From assembly GCA_958009085.1 (NCBI GenBank), contig OY253668.1, forward strand, positions 1,178,001 through 1,242,000: a DNA stretch of 64,000 nucleotides. Reading direction: 5' to 3'. The notes beneath the pieces are model-generated. The model saw nothing but the letters and a program-made list of their open reading frames with translations, ran no database searches and was not told the origin of the DNA. The position numbers were made by a program, and so were the translations under genes. Shown piece by piece: positions 13,901 through 25,031 of the stretch. Numbering within the stretch: position 1 is the stretch's first letter; each line of letters begins with the position of its first letter. This stretch comes from Protoeuglena noctilucae (taxonomy: Eukaryota).

Positions 13901-14126
13901 CCCTCAGGTTGGCCACCGCCGCGACCCCGTCGTAGGCGCGGAGGAAGGCGCGTCTTGCCTTGGGCACGGCGCTCATCCATGACCACGCCAGCTCCGCAAA
14001 CGTCGTCCTGCGGAACGAGAGCCCCTTGTCGGCCGCGGAGCCATCACGAGACACTTCCGAGCCCTCGTGCGAGCTGCCGTTGCTCGAGAGGTCGCCGCTG
14101 TAGACGCTGCTTCCCGACGTATTCAT
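5000..14126 (-). CDS. Large multi-pass membrane protein with TPR-like region and several PAS domains (tiny macrocysts TmcB / algal FXL-like), paralog A, multi-exon
   Basis: N-terminal TM block (C..DLNP motif); YRNILQRYPTNARLLRAYGVFIQTVRGN helical repeat; PAS repeats (DAVVVADVGGTIKMVTANVTRMFGYKKQDLIGKDVSIFMPQPLASHH; CSALGYKPQEIAGKP; QEMLGYDVQGLTSRTLFDLM); low-complexity linker; C-terminal TM/lumenal segments. Exon phases join consistently. Confidence 0.8.
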
Positions 14127-15375
14127 TCGGGAGAGGGACCTCCTGCGACGCGGAGCAGAGCAGAGCGGCCTTCGGGCCAACGCCAGGGGCAAAATGTTGG
14201 CTCATGTGAGCTAGGTGGACCGTGGGCCGCGCGGGCCCAACCCCACACAGACCACACGAAACGGATATGCCTCGGCATTGGTCGCAGCGTCGACCCTCCG
14301 CCAGGGCGAGGAGAGGCGAGCGAGAGAATTTGGAGGGCAACGCGGCTCGCGTTCTCCCCGGCGCCCATGCCAATGTGGGACCAGCTCAATCTCAAGCGAT
14401 CGAAGAAAGACGCCGGGGGTGCTCGCCAAGGGGACCGTCCCGCACCTCATGCTGGGCGCCCCTCGCTGCATGTCTCCCCCGTCCCCTCAGCCCCGGCGTC
14501 CGCCGAATTGGTACCGAGGTCGCGTTGACCCGACGCTTATGACCTAGAAGACCTTGTAGCGCTCAGCTATGGCATGCATCCGGCCAGGAAGACGCAAGAG
14601 TGGGGTCTGTCCAGACCCCGACGGCCATGGGCTAGGCCTCCTCTGCGTCTGCCTCTCGCAACTTGTGCGAAGCGAGAAACTCGCCCAGGCGCCTCAGCCG
14701 TCGACGCTCGAGCACAGGCCCTTGACACACTGACGGTGCTTTTCCCCGGCGGCGATTTTCGGACCGGGGGTTATTCGCGCCGCTCGCTGCCTCGCGCGTG
14801 ACGTCGCCTCTTCGTGCAGGTCGCGCCGCCCGCCGACCCCGAATCGGCATTGGCGCGCTAAACGCGAGCGGCGCGGTTCGTTCCGAGGCCCTCAAGAAAC
14901 GTCACCCAGCGCATCTCGCTGAGATGTTCAGTTAACACGTCATTCGAGGAGCTGAGCGAGCGCCGAAGGTCCTGGGGGAACTTCGACTTGTGCATGTGAG
15001 GACGGCCGCTGCAGCGCGCCAGGCTATGGATGGCGGCCCAGCCTCCCGCAACGACCTATCTGGTCGCCTTAAAGCGGATGTGAGCTGCGTTGTCGTCCCT
15101 CGCCGTCCGCGTAACGCTGCAGGGCTGTGCTCATAGGTACCGGTGTAACGTCGTTTAATCGGCCCGCCTCGGCCTCCAAAACGCCGCGCACACGCGCGTC
15201 AATCCGCCTTGAAACGTGACACGCACGCGCACGATCATACGCGGACTCGTCGCTTTCGGCCGCAGAGGCGGACCTCCGGCGGTCTAGGGCGTGACGAGGG
15301 TCGTCTCTGAAGACGCCGCGGCGGAGCAAACGAGGGTTCCCGCCATATCTGGCCTGAGAGGCGGCACGGGTGGCG

Positions 15376-18300
15376 ATGGAGGGGGACGACCTGGCCCAGG
15401 AGAGCTTCCTCCTCCGGAAGCAGGGCTCGTTGAAGGACGCGGTCTTTGGCGTCCTGTTCACCATCACCAAGGAGCATGAGGAGGCGTCGTGGAAGTGGGG
15501 GGTGCTGGGGATGATCATCGGCTTCCTGCAGGCAAGAGGAAAAGGAGCCGCAGCCAGCAAGCTGAGCAAGCTGCCCTGGGCGAAGACGTGCACGCAACCC
15601 CACCCAAACCCCCGCCCGTTTACCTCCTCCCCAGCTGCTGGTCATACTGATCACGAGCCACTTCAGCTGGGCCTTTGAGAACTCGTGGTGGTCGGTGGCC
15701 ATCCAATGGACCGACGCCACCAACCTGCTGCAAGCGGTCGGATACAGGGCCTTCTCGGCGATCTTCTGGTCGCAATTCTCCATCATCGTCCTGTCCATCA
15801 CCATCTGCCTGTGGGTCGCTTACAACTTCAAGACGGGCAACTTCCCTTTCGTGTGGCCCATCAAGTGCGTGCGCCTCGTCGGTGAATGGCTTCGAGCGAG
15901 ACGGCCATGCCTGTCCACCACTATAGCATGATGCGGTATGCCTTGCAATCCAGGTGCCGACCGCCGGGACTCTGACGCGGCGCCTGTGGCATGCTCGCAG
16001 TGAGCGTCTTCGTGAGGACGCTCTACATCGCCGCCCTCGCCGTGTTCATGATGAGCATCCGGTGCGATAAAAACGGGGCCTTCTACTACTACCAGGACCA
16101 GTCTTGCAAGCGCCTCCCACGCCTCGCGACGCTCATCGCGTCCATCCGCCGGCCCTCGTCACCGTGACGCTCGGCGCCCTCATCGCCGTGGCCGAGGCGG
16201 AGCTGGATCCCTTTTCGCGAAGGGTCGAGGGCGGTGAGGCCTCCTGCCATGGGGCTGGACACTCTCCCTGGACGCGACCTGTGTCCCTCACAGTCTCCAT
16301 GCCCACGCCTTACCGCTGCAAGGTGGCTGTGCAGCACAGCGCACGACCTGTGTTCCACCCCCACCCCTGCGCTCCCTCGCAGTGTCCTTCACGCACTTCA
16401 TGTTCCGGCATTTCCTGGTCCACTCGATCCAGGACGCCCTGGACATCTTCATCAGGGGCACCAACAGCCGCGCGACGCTGGCGGTGCTGCTCTGCGCGCT
16501 GTACCTCTACAACTTCGTCGGGGTGATGTTCTACGCGCCGTACCTCCCCACGTACACCAACGTCCTGGAGGCGGGGCTCAACGGGGTCCTGGCCTGGATC
16601 TCCGTGGTGCTGGTGGCGCTGGAGTTCGTCGTCGGGAGCGAGCAGGACCTCTCGCCCCACGCCAAGCCCATCACGCGCATCATGGCCAACGACATCCTCC
16701 CCGCATTCGTCGTCTGCGCCGGCGTCATGTGGCTGAGGCGAGGGCTACTGGGTTGGGTCCTGAACGCACTGCTTGTCGCCAAATTGTAACCGCTCGTTAA
16801 CGCTTTGTCTGTGTCGCAGGTTGCTCCCATCGAAGCGAAAGGCCAAGTGGATCCGCGACGAGCTGCACGCGGCTGGCATCATCCAGCCGCCGACGCAGAA
16901 TAGCACCGGGCGCGTCCTGAGCTCCTCGCGCGGCTTGGACAGCGCGCGCGCGTACCGCAGTCCCGGTAAGCGCAGCGTGGCGTTCACGGGGTGTCCACGC
17001 CAGTGTCGCCTGCGAGTTGACGTGACCCTGACTGTTGCTCTGGCGCAGTGGAGACGGTCAAGGCCGTGAACAACCGGATGACGACCGAGGCCGAGCGCGT
17101 GGCCGAGATCATGCCCCGGATCCGCTTCGCATGCGCCACGGAGGTGGAGCACGTCTCCCGCTGCATGCGCATCACAGACGAGTACGGCAACCTCGTCGAG
17201 GACTGGCTGGTCACGGCGCTGGTCGTGCTGCGCGAGGGCATGCGCCAGTTCCCGAACGTTAGCGAAGCCTGGGCTCAACCAGACGCATTGCAGTCCCGCA
17301 GGGCGATGACAGAGAACGCACCCGACACCCGCTTTGTTGCAGGTGGCGCGCCTGCGGATGCTTTTCGGCCACTACCTGTGGGTGGTCGTACAAAACACCC
17401 AGGTCGCGTCGGAGCAGTTCGCGGCGGTGCGGAGGGTGCCCATCAACATGGACCTGCAGTTCCAGTGCTTCTGCCGGAGCAGGTGCGGCTCGCAGGTGGG
17501 TCGCAGGTGGCTAGCGTGCGAGAGAGTCGGTAGCCGCTGCTGGCGAACGCGCTCGCGGTCTCCCTGACGTCGCAGGCAGCAAGCACAGAGCAGCGGGTCG
17601 TCGAACAACGCGGAGGGCGCGATGGATCTCGTGTCGTTTGTGGAATTTCAAAATGCACTCAAGGCCGTTCAGAAGACGCAGGCCAGCGCCCTGATGGCCA
17701 TCCGTCAGTTCTGGGGCGAGCTTCTCAGCTCAGGTGAGTCTCTTGTACACGCGTGTACGTCAAAACCATCTCTTAACATGAACAGATCAAGAGAGCGCGA
17801 CGAGCTTTGTGCTTCCCTCCGCGCAGACTCGGTGACCCTGACGCAGCTGTCGGGGACCCTGCGCTCCCTGTCGGCGCTGGAGAGCAAGGCGCACCGGCTG
17901 TATCGCATCATGCTGGAGCGCTACCACGACAACGTGAGCCTCCTGCGGCTCTACGCGACCTTCCTGACTGGCGTCAAGGGTGCGCCCGGCAAGGCCCTTC
18001 GCATGTTCGCCAAGGCCGACAGCCTCGAGGACGCCCAGGCGGAGACGAAGCAAGGGAACCTCGTGACCGGAGGTAAGCCGGGCAGCCGACGCGCTTGACG
18101 CTGCGCCCCGTGTCCTTAACTCGGTGTGGAGTGACCTCGGTGTGGTCTGCCCCGCATGGTCCCCCACCTGGGCTCCTCTCATCGCTTGCCGCAGAGGGTG
18201 GCGACGTCAACGTGGCATCGGGAGCCAAGGATGGGCTCGTGGTCTGCAACGACGCGGGGAACATCCAGTTCACCAACCGCAACCTCAACAGGCTCTTCGG

Positions 18301-21300
18301 GTACTCGATGGGCGAGCTCGTGGGGCTCAATGTCTCGGGTGAGCTCGGATACCGCAAGCAGCGTCGCAATCATTGCAGTCTCGAATCTCAGAGCGAAGCA
18401 CACGAGACAGGGCTGTGTCTTTCGCCAGCGTGACGTAACCTCGCCATCCGTGCCCGTCGCAGTGCTCATGCCCAAGCCTTTCAGCCAGCAGCACAACGGC
18501 TACATCGCCGCCTTCAAACAGACTCGACAGCCCCGCATCATCGGCACGGAGCGCCTGCAGATCGGGCTGCACAAGGACGGTGAGAGGGACATGCCGGTGT
18601 CGCGCGAGAGCCAAGGCTGTCGTACGGCCGCTGGCCGTATCTTAAGAAGTCAAAGCTCGTGCAGCACTGAGCACGAGCCCGACACCGCTTGCTGCTGCGC
18701 CCCCTGCAGGCTCGGCGTTCCCCATCAAGATCCGCGTGATGCACGTGGTCCAGGACGGGCAGGACCAGATGGCCTCGATTCGCCCCGCGGACGTCGACCC
18801 CGCCCAGGGCATCCTCTACATGACGCTTGACGGGAGCGTGCTGTGCGTGTCCGAGGGGCTCACCAACCTCCTTGGGTGGGAGTCCAAGGAGGTGTTCGGG
18901 CAGAGCATCAACAGCCTTGCGCTGGACGGGCTCGACCTGGAGCAAGGCCTCACGGCCATCAAGGTGCGTGACCCCGCGCAGTGCGGGGTCGGCAGCCGCA
19001 CCGGTGGCCTGCGGTGCCTCAACCGTGGCGATCCAAGCGCGCTCCTGTGATCCCTGACAGGCGATCTTTTGGGGCGGTCGCAGGACTCCCTGTCGCTGAA
19101 CGGTCCTGTCGTGCAGCCGTCACTCCGTGACAGCCGGAAGGAGCGCACCTCGGTCGCCGAAAGCCTCGGCCCCGCGTTCAGCGCCAAGTTGCGACGCGTG
19201 CGGATGAGCGACGTCGGCAACAGGGTGGCGCCGGAGCCGCCGCGCGAGGCTGCCCCGGAGACGAACGCCGACGGGACGGCTAACGCGGCCCCGGGCGATG
19301 GGAAGGAGCTGTTCAAGAACGAGAGCCTGCTGCTGAACAGGCCAGGGAACGCGGCGCAGGGCGACAAGGCGGGGGAGCTCACGCAGACCGAGGTGGTGTC
19401 GGGATGGCGGCGGTGATCCGACACAAGTACCTCAAGACCGGGCTGGCTTCCAAGGCGTCCTTCTCGCTGGTCGGGAGGAGGGACGACGCGATTGTGGCCA
19501 TGACGGTGGCGCTGGACGAGGAGCCGGGCGGCATCCTGGTGTGCAGCCGCGACGGCCGCATCCTCTACGTCAACTCGCCCCTGGAGTCGGCGCTGGGCTA
19601 CCCCGCCGGCAGCCTCATCGACGCCGGCGCCAACGTGAGCCATCTGATGCCCCGCGGCTTCGGGCGCTTCCACCAGACCCGCCTACCCCGCGCCGTGGTC
19701 AGCTCGGACTGCGCGGCCATGCACGTGCCCTGCCAGATGGGCCAGGTCGTCATCCTACGTGGCAACCAGGGCGCCCAGGTCCCCGTCCTCCTTTCTTGGA
19801 CTACGCAACGCGAAGCAGCCACCGCGCCCATGTACGTCTGCCTGGCCCGCAAGACCGGCCCCAACGCGGCCCTGGCCCCCTGGGGATTCCGCAGCATCGA
19901 GGGGCAGGTGGAGCAGCAGATCTGCCTGCACATCCTCGTCGACCGGCAGGGCTCCATCGTCGCCGTCGGCCACGGCACGGGTTTCGTCAAGGAGGGCGTC
20001 GCCGGGGGCGTCTTCGGCATCAATGCTGAGACCCTGGCCAGCGCCAACGTCGCCGACTTCATCGAGGTGCTCTCCGCCACCGTCACGGCCGCGCGCAAGT
20101 TCAACCCGTCCATCCCCGTCGGCGACGTCATGGCCGGGGCCCTCGAGCAGCTGAGCCGCGTCGGGGCCGCCTCGGGCATCGCCTCCTTCCGCACCGCCTT
20201 CCGCTGCCCCCCCGGGCCCTACAGCGCCGCGGAGGACCTCGTCCCCGCGCGCCTGGCCGTGCAGCGCGTGGCCGCCACGCGCGTCAACCTGCCCTCCCTG
20301 CGCAAGCTGGGCGTGCTCCGAGGCGAGGCGGACGTCGAGGCGGTGCGGGACGGGTTCGTGCTCGACGTCTGGAGCGCCAACTGGCTCCAGGGCGAGCTGC
20401 AGGTGTCCCCCGCCGGCGTCTTTCTCACTGCCAGCGCGCGCATGGAGGTCCTGTCGGGCCGCCCCGCCTCCCGGCTCGTCCGCTCCGCGCTGTCAAGCTT
20501 GTTCGTGGAGGACACGCCGGGGCAGGTCGACGACGTGCTGGAGGGCCGCAAGCCCTTCGCGGAGCTGCACCTGCGCCACGCGGACGACTCGACCCTCCGC
20601 GTCTCGCTCCTGGGGTCGGGCGACACAGTCTCGGCGGGGAAGAAGCGCGTCACGCTGGTCGTGCGGGCCGTGCAGGAGACGTGCGAGCAGGCCACGGAGG
20701 CCCTGCACCGCATGCAGGCGAGGCGGGGATGGCCGTGCGCGCTGCAGTTCACCGTCATGCCTGCTTTGGTCCTGTTGCTTGCCTTGCAGCCGGCGCTCAT
20801 GTTCATGAGCCCCGCCAAGCAGTTGCCCAGGCCTTGTGGCAACAGCTCGCGTTCACATTCTGAGGACGGGACGCAGACTCTCCATGCTCGCCCCCACGCA
20901 GGTCATCCTGGATCGCGATGCCGGCAAGGGGCCGTTGCGCGTGCGCCTGGGAGGGAAGCAGGGCGCCACCAAGCGCGACTCCGGTGAAATCGGGTCGTCC
21001 TCCACGGAGGCCAACGCGACGACGCCCAAGCGCGAGCGGTCCGGGGTCACGTTCAGCGCGGCGGCCGCGCTGGTGAAGAACGTGGTGCGGATGGGCGGGA
21101 CCGTGTCGGGCGGGGAGGTCCGCGAGGGCGTGCGGGTGGCGGAGGAGCCTGCGAAGGGCAAGGCGGTGGTGCTGGACGAGGGGCGCGACGATGCGGAGGA
21201 GTCGACGGCGGGGTCCGAGGACTCGGACGACAGCGGGGACGAGTCGCTGGTGCACACAAACGCGGAGGAGGAGGAGGACGGGGCGTCGAGCCAGGGGGTG

Positions 21301-24300
21301 ACGCGCTCGCACTTCCGGCGTTCGAAGTACTTCAAGGCCATCTACGAGCTGCTCAAGAAGTCCCGGGCGATGCGGCAGCTGAGCCGGCTAGTGCTCAGCG
21401 TCCAGGGCATCCTCAGCGCCGGCCTCGTGCTGCACCTCATCTTGTTCGTCATCATGGCGAGCCTCGTGCGAACGACCCAGACGGAGATTAGCTCGGCCTC
21501 CGTGGCAGGCGAAGTTCTGCTCGCCACGGTCAACATCCCCCCGCTGGCGCGTCGCCTCCAGAACGCGGCCAAGGGCGGCTGGTGGGCCACGCAGACCACG
21601 GTGGACCAGCTGCAGCAGGACCTGTCCGTGCAGGTGGAGCAGCTCTTCACGCAGTACCGCATCGAGTACACGGGCAAGACGCAGGACCCGATGCTGCACG
21701 ACCTGCTGCGGAACGGGGTGGCCTTCCCGGTCATCACGGACCAGGACCACGGCGACGGCCTCGGGCCCCGGAACGTGACCATCGTGGGGGAGAGAACCCA
21801 GGGCCTGCTGCGGCTCACAAGCCTGCTGGCGAGCTACGCGGGGAGCATCACGTACATGACACAGGAGGAGCTGGCGGTTGCGGCCAACACGAGCCGCAGG
21901 TGGCTGTTCGCCGTCGACGGCCCCCAGGTGTCCTTCTTGGGCGTCCAGTCCACCATCCTCGCCCAGGCGTACACCCGCGTGGTCAACCGGCTCCACAACC
22001 TCATCACCAACCAGCTCGTCCTCGGCCTCGTACAGAGCGTGGTCGTCATGCCCATCTGCTCCCTCCTCACATTCCTCGTCATGCGGTCCCTCTTGCGAGA
22101 GAAGGCCGCGCTCTTCTCGGTCTTCCTCACCATCCCGCGCCCAGTGCTCCACCTCGCGGCCGGGAAGCCCCGCGGCGAGGAGGGCACCGCGGCCCAGGAC
22201 ATCCACAACCTCGACCTCTCGGCCGTGCTCACCGACGAGGTGTGTGGGGCGGCGGGGGGTGCCGGCTGCAACGAGCGACGTGCGCGCCGCTGCGGCCGTC
22301 GACCGGGTCTCTCGTGTGCCCCGCGCCCCGCATGAAAAGCGCATTGTCCGGCGCCTGGAGAAGTCCAGCGGCCGCGGCGTCGACAAGGCCATGCGCTTCA
22401 CGGAGGCGCCCAAGCCGCTGCGGAACGACGAGTGGCGGCTGAAGGTGAGGCGTGGCTTTCAGGCTGGTAGAAGGCGAAGTACGAGGGCGCGCCTGCAGGT
22501 AACGCGGTGTTCTTACTGTGCCTCCGTGGCCACCCCCGCAGGTGATCATCGCCATACCCCTCGCCGTCATGACGGGCGTCTGCATCGGCACGCACCTGTG
22601 GGCCTACTCGCTTCTCCAGTCCGCCGTGGACCCCGTGGCGGCCTTCGAGGATGCCTACCGCGTGCAAGCCTGGAGCATCGAGCTGCGCTTCTGGGTGAAC
22701 GAGGTCGGCATCATGATCAGCACGAACGAGGAGGTCAGTCCGCTCGGGTGCACCCTGCAGGAGAGCATGGGGCAGGTCAACACCATCGCCAACACGCTCT
22801 CCGCCCAGTGGTCCCTCTTCATATTCGGCGGCGGCAACAGCACTGCCATGTCGACCACGATCTCGAGCGGCGCGTCGGGGGGCACGCACGGGAGCATCGC
22901 CTACCTGACCAAGCAAATCGACCACGACCTGTTCCAGGCGAGTCGCGAGAGCGAGCGGGTGGCTGCATGTGGGTCCCGACGAGTCACGTCGCCGCTGCTT
23001 TGCTTGGAAACTGCAAGTCATTTAAACCCTCCCTCGTCCCTCCCCAGGCTAAGTGCCTCCACCAGGACCCTTCGAACTGCTACGCCCCCACCGACCCGCT
23101 CTACCCCGCCACGTCCAACGGCCTCAACCAGACGGTCCGCAACTACATGGTGCAGGCCCTCATTTTCTCCGGGCAGAGCCCCGCGAAAATCGCCAACGGG
23201 CGCTTCCAGTTCATTTGGAACGTTGGCAGGAACGACGTGGAGCACGGGACCCACGTCGTAGGTAACCTTTTGAGGCATTACGCCCAAAAGGCGATGAACA
23301 CGGCCATCCTCATCGAGGGGTGCCTGCTGGCGCTCATCTTCCTCTTCCAGGAGTGGATGTTCGCCTTCCTGCGGCCCGAGGCGCGCGCCGGCGTGGACGA
23401 GATCAAGTGGGTCGCCCAGATGTTCAGCCGGCTGCCGGAGAAGATGGTGAGGGGCGAACGCGGGCTGGGCTCTCTGCGGCCCACCACAGGGCTGGGCTGT
23501 GGCCTGCGTCGGGACGGTGCAGGCGCCGCGGGTGTCTGGCAAGCCTGCATGTGGCAAGTCTCACCTGGGACCCCGACCCCATCCCCCACGCAGGCCCTCT
23601 CCGCGCTCCAACTGCTGCCCGAGAAGCTGGACATCAACATCATGGACGACAGCTTCCAGCAGCACGAGGCGAGGACCTGCAGTCACTGCTGTGTGTCACG
23701 TGTCATCTGCTTGCGTCTGGGGCCCCCACATCGGTCCCGCCCTCCTCGCGTGTCCTGCCCCGCAGGAGCAACGCACGTCGTGGTACGGGGTGGTGTGGGC
23801 GCGCATCACGACCTTCTTCCAGAAGCTGGCGCTTGGCCCAGAGTACCAGAGCTACCTGCAGTACAAGGCGTGGAGGGAGGCCCACGGCCTGCCGATGCCC
23901 AAGGTGACGCCGCTCGGCTGCTGCCACTGAACGTCGCTCGCCGCGCGCGTCAAGCCGCTTGTCGGAGCAGTTGACGAGGTCTTGCGGCGATCATGATAAG
24001 ACGGTTGACCGAGGGCGCGTGTGTCGGTTCACGCAGAGGCCGCCCAGCGCCATCGCCCGCGCCTTCGGGTGGCTCAAGCGCATGGCCCTCCGCCTGGTGC
24101 TTGGTGGCACCTTTAAAGCCTGGGCCGAGATCGATAGCTTCTATCAGGCCAAGAAGGGCCGCGTGCAGCCCGAGGTGCGGGGCATGCGAGCCAGCTTCGA
24201 CGCACGATGACGAGCGCACGAGTTTGCTGTCGCTTGCCGGTGCGGAACCTCCAACTCGTGACCCTGTCGCCGCAGAAAGACGAGTTTGACGGCACTGTGG

Positions 24301-24452
24301 TGAAGGCGCACGGCGAGGACTCCAAGGCTCCCGTGCCGGTGAAGAGCGGGAAGGTGGCGCCTGCCGACGTGGCGGGCCCGGCCAAGCCCCGCGTGTCGAC
24401 GCGTGAGGATGGCGTGGACAAGGGCACGGAGAAGGGCGTCCGGTGGAACTGA
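15376..24452 (+). CDS. Large multi-pass membrane protein with TPR-like region and FixL-like PAS domains (TmcB/FXL-like), paralog B, multi-exon; two apparent frameshifts
   Basis: SLKDAVFGVLFTITK N-terminus, TM block, MDLVSFVEFQ and YRIMLERYHDNVSLLRLYATFL motifs shared with paralog A. PAS: DGLVVCNDAGNIQFTNRNLNRLFGYSMGELVGLNVS|VLMPKPFSQQHNGYI...RIIGTERLQIGLHKDGSAFP. C-terminal TM regions follow. The frame breaks near 16147 and 19410. Confidence 0.78.
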
Positions 24453-25031
24453 AGCAATCGAATGTCCATATGGGGATGTGCAAGAAGGGCACGCCCGCAT
24501 ATGAGGAGGAGGAGCCTACATCGGTCTGGAGCGCAGCTGGCGCTCTGGGTCAGAACACGCACCACGTATCACACCCCACCTCGTGCTGACGTAACGCCGG
24601 TTTTGGCGCAGCTGTCCCCAGTTCCGTGCATGTTACATGCACCTTAGACGTAGAGAGTAAGCGACTTTTTCTCGCTTAGCCACCACACCGATGCTGCGAC
24701 CGGCTGCCATGCAGCGGTCTGCAACGGAGCGCCCTGGGCGCGCACCTCGTGGTCTGCGGCAGCCCGGGCTGACAATCTGGGCAGCACGTCCGGATTTCTT
24801 TGTTTTGTAGAGTACCTCTCTCTTTTGGCTAGCTCGCAGCTCCGTTTGACGCGCACTGCAAGGTGCTGCTCCCCCACGGCAGGCCCTTTTCCACCCACAC
24901 GTTGTGACTGCCTTCGTTGGCTTTTGCTCTGCAATTGCGGTCTGCAATCAATGTGCCCTCTGCATCTGTCGCGTTGAACGTGATTCTGTACAACACCTGA
25001 TGCGCAAGCAATGACCCATGCACCTCGCCCC

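Noticed and set aside
16294..16323. Putative micro-exon or third frameshift in paralog B
   Set aside because: A single intron 16234-16382 joins in phase (RRVEG|VSFTHF), so no extra exon is needed.
16165..19416. Selenocysteine or stop readthrough at TGA codons in paralog B
   Set aside because: The homologous sequence continues in a different frame, so readthrough would not restore it.
23959..24452. Separate small gene downstream of PAS paralog B
   Set aside because: The segments are bounded by in-phase splice sites and join paralog B as terminal exons.
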